From IMG/VR virus record IMGVR_UViG_3300008954_000002, positions 97,099-161,098 of that record: 64,000 nucleotides of DNA, one strand, 5' to 3'. The notes beneath the pieces were generated by a model, which was given only the letters and a program-made list of their open reading frames with translations, was not told the DNA's origin and ran no database searches. How positions within the stretch are numbered: position 1 is the first letter of the stretch; every line of letters starts with the position of its first letter. This document shows, in pieces, positions 9,636 to 20,200 of the stretch. The DNA is from a virus. The position numbers and the translations under genes were made by a program.

Positions 9636-12245
9636 TTAATCCATGTCAAATTGAACATTAAATGTATTGATTCCTTCAGCTTTTGGATTGATTGTAAGAA
9701 AGTTGCTTCCACCAATACCAGCACCTATATTGTGACTCTCGGTCGCAAATCTAAAGCCATAAGGAATTGGTAGCGCTCCATCAGAATCTACACCTTTCAG
9801 ATGAGGGGGCAGATCTAGACGCAACCTAAGACTATTAGATCTTATTAAGCGACCAGAAACTGGGTCTTTACCGTATGCATAAAGACTTACCATATCAGAA
9901 GTTACAACCATGTAACCACCCAAATTATTATCTCTATCTGTTGCGTTTGGAAGTGGAAGAGTTCTGCCTGCAAACACTAGGCGAGTCGAAGAGACTTCAG
10001 TAGGCCTAACAGGAAAGTAAGCTCCTGTAACAGAGACCCCGCTACTGTCTACATATTGAGGGTGAGGACTTCTGCCATAAATAGGATGTTCAACATCAGT
10101 ATTCCATTCGTAAAGGATAACTCTTGCACCATCTAAGAAATCTGTGTTGAACTCTTGAGCTCCACGCTCTATAAGCCAGCATCGAGCATTATTAAAATTG
10201 GTTGAAGACCCAGTTGGAAAATTGATCGAATCAAAGCTATTAACAGTAGAGCTAAAGATTAGCGTTTGAGTATTGCTGCCAACATTAGCAAAAGCGCCTA
10301 CTATTTCTCTTGTATGCGTAATACCATCATCACATACTATATGTGCTGTTCCACCTATATAAGTAGAATCTACATCACGAATATAGCCGTCAATAGTTAT
10401 TGATGAGCGCCCTATCACAGTAATGCTATTGTCATACTGAGGATCGTTTTCGCCAATTGTGACTGGAAACTCAGTACCCTTAGTGCCCAATATCTTGTCA
10501 TGCTTTAACACTTGATAAACAACAATATCTTTAGCAGTAATGCCGGGCGGTATGGTTTCATCCATATCGAAGATAGTGTCACCACTGCTGTGGGTAACGC
10601 TATAGACATCCTTTAATACAGATGCCCAATCATATGGTGCATTGTATAGTGCATATATCTGACCAGCAGAATTGCTAAGTGCAGTATATTGACTAAGCGT
10701 ACTGTTCAGACTTCCTACATTGCTTTCTAAAACAATTGTAAGCTCTATATCCTCTACAGAGTTTCCCATAGAGTCGTAAGCAGTAGCTATTAGTCGTGCT
10801 GTATCTGTCCCATAACGAATAGGCCCATATAGCTCGCCACCTATGCTACCAACTTCAGGGCCAACAGCTAGAGTAATCTCTGAGAGGTGTGCCTCAACAG
10901 GTGAGATTTGTATTACGTTATTAGTTTCAACGTTGCTTATAGCCTTGATGTCAAGAAAGCCAGTCTTGTTTGCCGTTCTAGAACAATCGCTTAGAACCTC
11001 ATACTCTACTCGTGGAGTAGCAGTATAAGATGCATATATAGTCTGGCTAGACTTAGTGCCTTGACCATGCTGTATGTCGCTTACAATAGTGCCTGCATTA
11101 TGAATGGCTGCTACTGTGTTGTTGTAGCCGCGCACACAATCATAAAAACGATTACGGCTCTTTCCATAGTAAAGTATATACTCGTTCTCTATAACAAGAA
11201 TGCCCTGATTAGGGTAGGAGGCAAATACATCATCATCTATATAGCACTCTACTTCAGTAGTCTCGGGATCAAGACCAAGCTTTAGGTATAGGTCTGGCGC
11301 TTGATATCCACCTAAGCGAACAATACCTAAATCATAATCAACAGAGTAGGCTTGCTCACTAGGTTCACTAAAGTTGAGAGTAGCTACTTCTTTAAGCTTT
11401 GTTACTACGCCTGAAGAATTTATAGCATACATCTCTACAGAGTCGTTAACCACTGGAAAGAAATTTAAGTATACGTCTCTTCCTTCAGGGTTTCCCTGAT
11501 CTTTGTTTTCTAAAAACTTATCAGCAGTCTCTGCGTTAATCTCACCAGCAAATCCATTATCAATAGTTAGATCTTGATTTGTGTATATGTAATCAATACC
11601 ATCTTTCTTTACAAGAGTGTACTCATACTTTCTGTCAGAAAGGCTACTCCACAGAACGTTGCCATCATCGTCAGTAGTACTTAGCCTACTATTACCATTG
11701 GTATCTAGGCTACCGGTAAATTCATCTACATAATTGAGCTTATGATAAGCTCTGCGTATCATATTTGCATCTCTATGAAAAAGAGCTACCTCAATAGAAG
11801 ACAGCATGCAATCAGAACGCAACTCATGAACCATGACGCCATTGCTATTTAGTAAAGGGTCTATTCTCTGACTTATAGAATGATCAGAAAATAATCTGCG
11901 CTCATTCCAGTAAGTTGAGTAATGTCCGCACTCTACCAATGGTGTCCAAGTGAGTGAATCAGAAACAGGATGTTCCACTATGCTAAGAAACTGGAGACCA
12001 TCTATAGCTCCTGACTGCCAGTGATTTAGTTGGGTACCATCTTTGAGCCCTGCCGCATGCCCACCTATATACGTATTGTATCGGGTAGAAGATAAATCCT
12101 TATCCTCTATCCGACGCTTATCCCATTGCCAACCTTTTATCTCTTCCTCAACAGAATAGACCCCTGTTAAGGGTACATAGTCCTTAGAAGTGCTAACTAC
12201 ACTCTGCACGGACAATAATATATCTTCATACTTAGGGGTGGGCAT
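9636..12245 (-). CDS. Virion structural/baseplate-associated protein (869 aa) with an Ig-like (Big_1-type) segment
   Basis: ARLIATAYDSMGNSVEDIELTIVL...SNSAGQIYALYNAP resembles invasin-type Ig repeats. Also YSVDYDLGIVRLG. Lies downstream of the baseplate wedge genes. Confidence 0.55.
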   Translation of the reverse strand: MPTPKYEDILLSVQSVVSTSKDYVPLTGVYSVEEEIKGWQWDKRRIEDKDLSSTRYNTYIGGHAAGLKDGTQLNHWQSGAIDGLQFLSIVEHPVSDSLTWTPLVECGHYSTYWNERRLFSDHSISQRIDPLLNSNGVMVHELRSDCMLSSIEVALFHRDANMIRRAYHKLNYVDEFTGSLDTNGNSRLSTTDDDGNVLWSSLSDRKYEYTLVKKDGIDYIYTNQDLTIDNGFAGEINAETADKFLENKDQGNPEGRDVYLNFFPVVNDSVEMYAINSSGVVTKLKEVATLNFSEPSEQAYSVDYDLGIVRLGGYQAPDLYLKLGLDPETTEVECYIDDDVFASYPNQGILVIENEYILYYGKSRNRFYDCVRGYNNTVAAIHNAGTIVSDIQHGQGTKSSQTIYASYTATPRVEYEVLSDCSRTANKTGFLDIKAISNVETNNVIQISPVEAHLSEITLAVGPEVGSIGGELYGPIRYGTDTARLIATAYDSMGNSVEDIELTIVLESNVGSLNSTLSQYTALSNSAGQIYALYNAPYDWASVLKDVYSVTHSSGDTIFDMDETIPPGITAKDIVVYQVLKHDKILGTKGTEFPVTIGENDPQYDNSITVIGRSSITIDGYIRDVDSTYIGGTAHIVCDDGITHTREIVGAFANVGSNTQTLIFSSTVNSFDSINFPTGSSTNFNNARCWLIERGAQEFNTDFLDGARVILYEWNTDVEHPIYGRSPHPQYVDSSGVSVTGAYFPVRPTEVSSTRLVFAGRTLPLPNATDRDNNLGGYMVVTSDMVSLYAYGKDPVSGRLIRSNSLRLRLDLPPHLKGVDSDGALPIPYGFRFATESHNIGAGIGGSNFLTINPKAEGINTFNVQFDMD

Positions 12246-12269
12246 ACAAACAGCCTTCAGTGCAGAACA

Positions 12270-13151
12270 TTATTTCCCCCACTGAAGTGGGTGGACAGAG
12301 AGAATTTCATTAACTATCTTAGCACCATAGGGCTTCAGTAACAATCTCTCCTCTTCACCTTTTGTATCCTCCAATAAGTTATCTTTTAGCAGATGGTCTA
12401 TATCCCCGTCATTGAGAGGCACTGCCTTAATAGGCTGCCACCACACTGTATAGGGGAAATCTCTATACGAGAATGTGCAATCACCTGCAGCTAGGTCTCG
12501 GCTCCACAAAACGCCATTAGTCTTATCAATGAAATAATCGCCTGGCTCACTTAAGCTCTCTTGAGTTGAGACCACATTGTCAAATATTTGAGGCAGTGTA
12601 AACAGGATATCTCTGATATACCTCTGCTCTAAATTTACCATGCCACTGGGACCAAGAGAGCGCCTATAGACCTGTCCATCTGTATTGCCATAAGCTAGAT
12701 TCCAAGATCTTAGATACTCATAGCCACTAGCCAATACGCTTGTAGATAGAAATGTAAGACTATTTAAAGCATTATAAACTTGATAAAGAAAGTAGCCGGC
12801 ACCCCTCTCCCATATGTTTAGCTCTAAATCCAGAACATTGTTATTGTAATCAGACCACACATAGATATGTGTAGAGTTGATCTCCACTCTAGGGTCTGCT
12901 GCTATGGGCTCTCCACTTGAATCAAGTACTAGATCTATTGAGAACATTCTCTGCTCAAACTGTCCAACAGTTCTATTAAGTGTTTTGATATAGTCTTGTT
13001 CCGACGCACCGGGTGGCTTTCTTGCTTGCAGTAAAAGCCTGTTTCTATAGCTAGGCAGAGACTCTTCTGGGAGTCTTGGCATCGACAGGTGAAGCCCAAG
13101 CTCATCAAACGGTACTGCAGATGGATAACTATCCGGCGTATATTTAGCCAT
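12270..13151 (-). CDS. Baseplate wedge protein (gpI-like N-terminus), 293 aa
   Basis: FDELGLHLSMPRLPEESLPSYRNRLL matches the D..G....R...ES...YR.R motif of wedge proteins. Lies downstream of the J-like gene. Confidence 0.55.
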   Translation of the reverse strand: MAKYTPDSYPSAVPFDELGLHLSMPRLPEESLPSYRNRLLLQARKPPGASEQDYIKTLNRTVGQFEQRMFSIDLVLDSSGEPIAADPRVEINSTHIYVWSDYNNNVLDLELNIWERGAGYFLYQVYNALNSLTFLSTSVLASGYEYLRSWNLAYGNTDGQVYRRSLGPSGMVNLEQRYIRDILFTLPQIFDNVVSTQESLSEPGDYFIDKTNGVLWSRDLAAGDCTFSYRDFPYTVWWQPIKAVPLNDGDIDHLLKDNLLEDTKGEEERLLLKPYGAKIVNEILSVHPLQWGK

Positions 13152-14721
13152 ACTGAATTTCTACCTCATCATAAGTTTCTCTTACTATAATCTCATTCAT
13201 ATCTACATCAGCAAAATAAATATCAGCCACAAGATCATACGACGCATATTGGCTACCCTTTACTACACAAAGCTCTCCATCATCAGAGAAGAAGATGCCG
13301 TCTGGGCTGCTAATCCCAGTAATTAAATCTTTAATAGCTGTAAGGTGGTCACAAAGAATACCAATATGGCTAACTGCACCACTTACTTTGAAAAGATCAT
13401 GCTCACAATAAAAGTCCCATTGCCCTAGCTCGTCAAACGTAGAAGAAAAAGTAATATCATTCCATGAAGTCTCTGGCAGGCTGTCTAGCGCATTACCCTT
13501 CCACTTGTAGACTCCGCTTGCCCAACTACCATCTGCCTGCAGATATGTAACAACACCTGAAGGCGAGCTACGCCTTATCTTGACCTCCTCTACCGGAGCC
13601 CTAAGAGCACGAAACCAAGTCCTTAAAGTTATGGCTTCTCCCAAGTAGGTTCTAGACTTAAGAGACACAATATCCATATAGGTTTCTTCAGTCTCCTCTG
13701 AGGCTGAGGGAGAAAACTCACCAGGTGAATGCTCATATACGTGGATAACACCACTATCGTCTACGACATATAGACGACCATCAGATGGAGAGACTGCTAA
13801 ATCAACAGCACTGTAGGCTGCAGCGTTAGCATCATACAAGCGTTGTGTTGTTATTGTTTGAAAGTTGAGATCATCATCAATACTTACAGCTCCGCCTCGA
13901 CGGTAGCTGCGACCAGAAGTAAATCTCTGAGTAAAGGATTCCATTGCACTGTCACTATTAATGTTAACTAACTGTAGAAATAGCGGGCTTTCTATATCAG
14001 GCAACACTCCCGCTTTAAACTTATCTTTAATAAAACTAAAACCATGGCCATATGAATATATGTTTACATCCCCATTGAATCCGTCCCAATAAACTTCTGT
14101 AAGCTCACTAAAAACATTCTGTGTCCGATATGCTCCATCGTCACTGACTGAAATCACTTCAGTAATTTCTACTTGATTGGGATCAAAGCCTTGGAGAACA
14201 ATCCTAGAGTGTCCTCCAAAAAATGGCCTGTCATACCTATTGTAGTAGGTATTTGAGTTAACAACTTCTATCACAAGACGATCATAATTATCTATTGCTT
14301 TTATAGTATTTGATGTACTATCGAATACCAACCAGTTAGCTATTGAGACATCTGCAATCTTTGACAACCTAGTTGGCACAGGGTAAAGAAAGTCGCTAGT
14401 AGTATCTACTCTCTCTAAAGTGTAAACAGTTGTGCCTGTTGTGCCAGTAACTGTTGGATAGTTAGATATAACAAGGCGGTCGCCTTTCACTTCTAGGGGA
14501 AATTCATCTGCCTCTGTAAGTTCAATCCTGTTGAAATATCCACGCCCATGATCGTCCGTTAACAGAGACAAGAGATTACTCAGCTTGACCCTGTTGACTT
14601 GATCAACTTCAAACAACTCGGCCCAAGATGAAAGTACTCTTTGGCCTGCCGAAGATGGATCTGCCCTAATCTTAGACCATGTCGGATATCTATTTGCAAA
14701 TCGTTGTGTTAGATAAGGCAC
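13144..14721 (-). CDS. Putative baseplate protein (525 aa) with beta-propeller-like blades
   Basis: Directly follows baseplate J. AVDLAVSPSDGRLYVVD and SPDGIFFSDDGELCVV look like propeller blades. GTG start overlaps a TAG. Confidence 0.5.
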   Translation of the reverse strand: MPYLTQRFANRYPTWSKIRADPSSAGQRVLSSWAELFEVDQVNRVKLSNLLSLLTDDHGRGYFNRIELTEADEFPLEVKGDRLVISNYPTVTGTTGTTVYTLERVDTTSDFLYPVPTRLSKIADVSIANWLVFDSTSNTIKAIDNYDRLVIEVVNSNTYYNRYDRPFFGGHSRIVLQGFDPNQVEITEVISVSDDGAYRTQNVFSELTEVYWDGFNGDVNIYSYGHGFSFIKDKFKAGVLPDIESPLFLQLVNINSDSAMESFTQRFTSGRSYRRGGAVSIDDDLNFQTITTQRLYDANAAAYSAVDLAVSPSDGRLYVVDDSGVIHVYEHSPGEFSPSASEETEETYMDIVSLKSRTYLGEAITLRTWFRALRAPVEEVKIRRSSPSGVVTYLQADGSWASGVYKWKGNALDSLPETSWNDITFSSTFDELGQWDFYCEHDLFKVSGAVSHIGILCDHLTAIKDLITGISSPDGIFFSDDGELCVVKGSQYASYDLVADIYFADVDMNEIIVRETYDEVEIQYG

Positions 14722-15950
14722 TAGACACGTTCCACAAAACTAATCTCAAGGGACCCTAATGAAGCATACTCATCATCTTCAAGGGTATATGTAGTTCCAA
14801 GAAGGAGACTCCGCTCTGAGGTAGTCCCCGAGATAACTTTCCTGACATATATAGCTTTGAAAATATTTGCTCCTGACCTCCTATCTAGAAGGCCAACAAC
14901 ACTGGGAGCGTTTGCCAATATCATTTCTTTTAAAGCAGCAAAATCAACAAGATTGGTAACTGGACTTTGACGAGAAAGGAACTGACTTATTACTCGTCGG
15001 ACATCTCTTTTAAGAGCAGTTCTGCTGGCAGCTGTAACAAGCCCCTTTGCCTGCACTTCTACCTCTATGTCAAAAGATACATCTATCCCTGGAATCGCTA
15101 TCAGCTCCATACCTGGAACCTGTATAACATTGAGTCGCTCTTGAGTTCTCTTTGCAAGGTCTGTATTACTAATCCCCCCTGCACCGAACACTATCACTGC
15201 GCATGTGCCAATGCCATAGTATCCAGGGATAGGCTTTGCTCTTAAGACTCCAGGCACAGTCATTGACCTTAAGCTAATATTGGCCACATTAGTAGTAGCA
15301 AGAGTTCCGAACATATTAGATATGCGAAACCTAAGACTATCATCTGTTTCTAGATTTCTACCGTTAACAATAGGATACCGATTAGTAACCCTTAAGGTCC
15401 CATTGGAAACATCAGCATAAGATGTGAAGCTATGTGTAGTGAGCGCATGTGAAGCTATGTTATGTGTAGCACCCATAGTGGCAGCTCTTGCAGAGCAATA
15501 TACAAAGTTGGCACCTGCAGCACCTGTGTATTCTGCAGTGGTAATATATTTGATAACAGTATCATCTTGAGAGTTAGATACAGTTATCTCAGTTCCTTCT
15601 GGGATAACGATTGATGCACCATTGTTAATCGTGCCAAAAGTTGTATCTGTAAAGAACATTAAACTGCGCTCAGTCCAATCTACCTGTGCATAAGTGGGCG
15701 GTAATCTTGATACACCATACGTAGTTCCAAGACGTTCCAGCGCTTTCCCAATGGCTGACCCTACTTGTAGATCCGCCACGGTTCTTCTAAGAGAGTTCTG
15801 TGTTATATATATTTCAGATACAAGAGAATCAGTAAGCGATCTAACTGTTGAGTCATAACTCCAGTTGGTAATACCAGCTCGTCGCTCTAAGTTGGTTCTG
15901 AACCCCTTAGTAAGTGTTGTTAAGTTTTTAACGTTCGGTACTTTAGCCAT
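14721..15950 (-). CDS. Baseplate J-like wedge protein (P2 gpJ / T4 gp6 family), 409 aa
   Basis: AIGKALERLGTTYGVSRLPPTYA, IPEGTEI, NGRNLETDDSLRFRI and VPGVLRA are characteristic gpJ motifs. Follows the gp25-like gene. Confidence 0.85.
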   Translation of the reverse strand: MAKVPNVKNLTTLTKGFRTNLERRAGITNWSYDSTVRSLTDSLVSEIYITQNSLRRTVADLQVGSAIGKALERLGTTYGVSRLPPTYAQVDWTERSLMFFTDTTFGTINNGASIVIPEGTEITVSNSQDDTVIKYITTAEYTGAAGANFVYCSARAATMGATHNIASHALTTHSFTSYADVSNGTLRVTNRYPIVNGRNLETDDSLRFRISNMFGTLATTNVANISLRSMTVPGVLRAKPIPGYYGIGTCAVIVFGAGGISNTDLAKRTQERLNVIQVPGMELIAIPGIDVSFDIEVEVQAKGLVTAASRTALKRDVRRVISQFLSRQSPVTNLVDFAALKEMILANAPSVVGLLDRRSGANIFKAIYVRKVISGTTSERSLLLGTTYTLEDDEYASLGSLEISFVERV

Positions 15951-16378
15951 TAAACCACCCTAGGGACAAGCTTATTATCTCTTAAATCATAGCTGAATTG
16001 TATGACAAGTGGAGCTTCCCTCGAAAAGGGAACATTAATTGTAAGCAATATTAGCAGTTCAGTATTAGATAATGGAAGTATAGTCACTTTTAAGTGTCGT
16101 GCATCTATTACTCCTTCCCGAGTAAGCGCAGTTTTTAGCTGGGCTTCAACTATAGATGCAGTCTCTCTTGTGTTAGGCATACCTGCAAAAGTTGATAGTG
16201 ATGCGCCCAACTGCTTATGTAGTGGCCAATCTCCTTCAGTAGACTGTAGTATTTTAAGAACAGTCTGTCGTAGCAGTCTCCTGTCATCATTAGATACTGC
16301 TTTCAGATCTCCCTTGTCTGCGTCTATTCGAATATCGCCGTTGTTGCTAAACCAAAGATCAGTCTTATGTGTGGGCAT
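15950..16378 (-). CDS. Baseplate wedge / sheath initiator protein, gp25/gpW-like (142 aa)
   Basis: LRQTVLKILQSTEGDWPLHKQLGASLSTFAGMPN pattern, appropriate size, and position just before gpJ. Confidence 0.75.
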   Translation of the reverse strand: MPTHKTDLWFSNNGDIRIDADKGDLKAVSNDDRRLLRQTVLKILQSTEGDWPLHKQLGASLSTFAGMPNTRETASIVEAQLKTALTREGVIDARHLKVTILPLSNTELLILLTINVPFSREAPLVIQFSYDLRDNKLVPRVV

Positions 16379-16382
16379 GTTG

Positions 16383-16742
16383 CTATCCTACCAAGGCAGT
16401 AAGGGCCATGGCAGCTTTAGCCAAGGTTGGCAAGTTTTCAAACATAGCTACATTGGGAAGCTGTCTTGGAGGAGCATAAAAAGAAGCTAACATGCTCATG
16501 GGCCAAGGCGTATCTCTTACAAAGGAGACATATGCTGGACTCAATGTCCCAAGGGTAACATTGGAAGGTGTACCCCCGTAGAGAGAGATACCCTTACCAG
16601 TCACTTGCAGAAATGCACTATTAGAGGCAGCGACAACTACCTCTTTTTCTCGCAAAGCAAGAAAAGTACTTGAATCATCCCAAGGATCTAGCTGCCATAT
16701 CTTTTGTTTAGTACCCATGCTTATTCTTCCTTTTTGTTCCAT
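16383..16742 (-). CDS. Hypothetical protein, possibly a baseplate spike component (real start may be the ATG at 16718)
   Basis: Lies between the hub and gp25-like genes and has short beta-strands. The function call is positional only. Confidence 0.35.
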   Translation of the reverse strand: MEQKGRISMGTKQKIWQLDPWDDSSTFLALREKEVVVAASNSAFLQVTGKGISLYGGTPSNVTLGTLSPAYVSFVRDTPWPMSMLASFYAPPRQLPNVAMFENLPTLAKAAMALTALVG

Positions 16743-17224
16743 GATTCATTGGCAATAGCTGCCGCATTTGTAGGCATGTTGCCTACTAGTCCATCCATAC
16801 TATACATTGCAGTAACTAAATCTGAACTCTTTACAGCTGCTCCTCCGGGAGTAGAAAACGAATCACGTATTCTTGCTACTGCAGAATGTTCTAGATTTGA
16901 CATATGATCTCCATGAGCAACAACAGTGCAAAACTTACCTATCAGGTTAGCTGGATTGCCATGAGTCATATTAAGTTCAGCTACAGAAGACTCAGAACGT
17001 ACTACTGCCTCTTGGCCGCTAGGCAGTCTGACTCTTAGCCATACGCCAGTCACTTGCCTACCGTCTTCCGGCTCTTCTGTGTCTTCGTCAGCAGGACCAC
17101 GAACTGCAAGTATCTCACATGGCTCTATATGTTTAAGACCGGGCCTATGAGTACTGATAGGCTCTGTTTGCTTGAGTATGGTTTCTTGCAGCCTTGTAGC
17201 AAACCTACCTTTACGCTCTCTCAT
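16721..17224 (-). CDS. Hypothetical protein (167 aa), possibly an OB-fold spike base
   Basis: AGGAG SD upstream. Immediately follows the hub gene. The function call is positional only. Confidence 0.35.
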   Translation of the reverse strand: MRERKGRFATRLQETILKQTEPISTHRPGLKHIEPCEILAVRGPADEDTEEPEDGRQVTGVWLRVRLPSGQEAVVRSESSVAELNMTHGNPANLIGKFCTVVAHGDHMSNLEHSAVARIRDSFSTPGGAAVKSSDLVTAMYSMDGLVGNMPTNAAAIANESWNKKEE

Positions 17225-17234
17225 TCTCTTCTCC

Positions 17235-20200
17235 TTACTCTGGTATTCCCGTCATTCGATTGGCTCTTAGTCCAGTCCAAGGCGTCCGCCATATTGCATC
17301 TTTCCAAGCGGTCCATTCTCTTGTCACGTCATCGATACCCCACATAGTATCATCTATTATATTGGTTACATCTCCAAAGATATTGCGCCAAATAGCCATT
17401 GGGTCACCTTGTTGTAGGCCAGACACAATTGGTCTACCACCCTTTGTCAAAGGAACAACAGCTACTGTCTCTTCTTGAAGACACTTAGCGAAAAGAATAG
17501 GACCTGCAACAAGCCAGCTAGCGCCTAGGTTATTAAAGACATTATCCAGCTTGTTCCATGCCCAAGTGCCTCCCTTTGCAGTTCCCCCAATCCCTATTGC
17601 TTTAGCAATGCGTGAGCTCCAGATACCGTTAGCAGCTGAGATACCTACCTTTCCAAGCGCTGCACTTGCAAGCCCTCTAGTCCCAAAAGCTAAACCCGTA
17701 GTTACTCCACCGACAAGCAATGCTGCTGTAAGACTTGCCATGTTGTGGCCTGGCAGTCTACCTTCTGTAAAACCACCTGTTATATCTGGATCGTCTGGAA
17801 GCATTTCGCTCATAAACTCTTCGAAATCAAATCCCTCTTGAAAGATGCCTCCATACTTCTTAGCTAAGCGCGCCTTGTAGTCGGGATCGGTAACTGCCGA
17901 CTCCCACCAGTGACTACTCCCACCCCCATCTCTAGGAATACCATCAGGGCCTACAGTGCCTGTGCCTTGCTCTTTGTCTCTAACGGCCATACAGTATAGC
18001 TTTAGTCCTTCTAGAACAGGCCAAGTAGAAATTTCATTAGCAAAGACTACTGCGTTAGGCTTTATCTCAGTTAAGAAACCTGTTTCATATGAAAACATAT
18101 GTACTACTTGCTCTACCTCAATAGGGCCAAACATATCATTATAGTCATCTAGTAGATAGCAGATATCCCAAGGCTTGATCCTAGGGTTGCCTAGCACTAG
18201 CAACTCACCACGGTACATCTTTTTAAGACCATACATGAGCGAGCTCATACCATATCGCATTGCGGCTTTCTTCCCAATGACATTCGAGAAAGATACTGGC
18301 AGTACGTTTAGGTCTGGCTCTTTAATAAAAGAGCTTGCCTTCATAGGAAGTGTTTTGCTAACTAACCGATCTCTATCATGATACAAAACAGAGACTGCGT
18401 TAACAACATTGTGCTCTGAACCCATGATGTTGTTGGATACAATATCTGTTTCAGATCTAAGCATATGGTAACGCCTAAAGGGTACAAATCTATTTTCAAG
18501 ACCTTTAAGATACTCTTCCATTACCTCATTAGTAAAGCGTAAGTTTAGATGGTCAAGAGAAGCACTTGCAGCGTATGACTCTGGCTTCTTTACATAAGAT
18601 TGGAAATTCCCATCTACATCTGATATATCTTCAATATTATTAGGGTTGAAAGGATTAAAAGATTCGCCTAACTCGACATAAGATTCTGGCAAACTGCTAC
18701 TAGAATCAATTCTTTCTTTAATCTCAAAGGAAAAAGCATCTTCTATTTTCTTCAAAGCAACTGCACCATAAAGCTTTTCGTAGATATCTCTATTAATGTT
18801 GCCATCTTCTAAATGCTCTCTAAGAGTGTTCATCCTATCTACAAAGTTATTAGTTGCGGGCTTAGACCAATACCTTTGACCTGGAACACCAAAGAACATT
18901 GTATACCTAAGAGATGTACCATAAGGTCTTGGTCCATATATCCAGCCAGGATGCCTTAGAGACATCTCATGGAATAAATCCCATATAGTAGAGTTCTGTA
19001 CTTGGTAAAGGCATTCACTTGGCAGCAATTGTTTGTTAGTTTGCCATTTGTCAGGTTGAGTCCATGCATCGTACCATTCACCTACCTTATCGGCTGTACC
19101 TGGGACACCCATAAGAGCTCCTGCAAAGCCTCCAGCGACCACAGCACCAAGGCGTTTTATAGTACTCCACTCCCAAAACTCAAACTCTAGGGTCATGTAA
19201 TCCTTAGGATTGGGAGGGTAAAGGTTATCGTCTTGAGGGCTTAAGAAGAGCGATGCTTTCTTTCTAGTGTAATTGCGTTTGACTTCGCCAATCGTAATAT
19301 CATAACCCCAACCTAGTACATCAGCTGCAGCCTGCAACCCAATACTTGCTGCAGTCGCAGCTAGAAAAGCTCGACTATTAATAGCAAGTACTCTTCCAAA
19401 GATATTAAAGCCACTGCCAGCGATCTGCTGTGCCCCTTGGAAAAAGGTAAGCCCACCAAGATTTGCACCTGAATATCCGAGCACTAGACCTCTGACTCGT
19501 GATGTCTCACTTTTGGCAAGGGTAGTAAATGCTGTTTCTATTTCTGCAAACACTGCTGTCTTTTCAGCCTTCGTGGTAGTTCCAGCAAGTTTTGTAAGCA
19601 ATGGTCTCAGCCCTGCCTTCCTAATGCTCTCAGAAGAAACACCCCCACTATGGAGAAACTTATTCACTACGCTGCCCCTGCTACCGCCCTTGGCCATGCC
19701 TATAGCCGCACCTATTCTTTGGTTGATACCTTTAGCTGTGACAGCTAGATTCTTGCCAGCAAATCCTCCCCATGTTGAGCCTCCTCCTATCTTTGCAGCT
19801 GCTCCACCCATTAGTCTGCTTACTATCCCTTTAGATGCGCCTGCAGCCGCGCCTGCTCTGCCCATAGGAGTTATAGAAAGCGCTGCAATACCAATTGCTA
19901 TGCCTGTAGATATAACTGGATGAGTCTTCATAAACTTCATCATTTTTCCTGTGAAGCTAAACCAACCCCAGAAATCTTTTTCTGAATAGTCTACAAAATC
20001 CAGCCTAGCGTCTTTAGACTCTCCGTACTGAAAGAGTTGTCCTATTTTCCATCTACCAAAATGAAGGACTTCTGGCTGCAACATCATAGAGCTTAAAAGC
20101 TTATGAGTGGTTTCGAATACTAGTGCTTCATCATTCTCGCCATAGCGACCATCATTTCTGCCTTTGATATCAGCTGTTAGCTCGACTCCAAAAGATTGTA

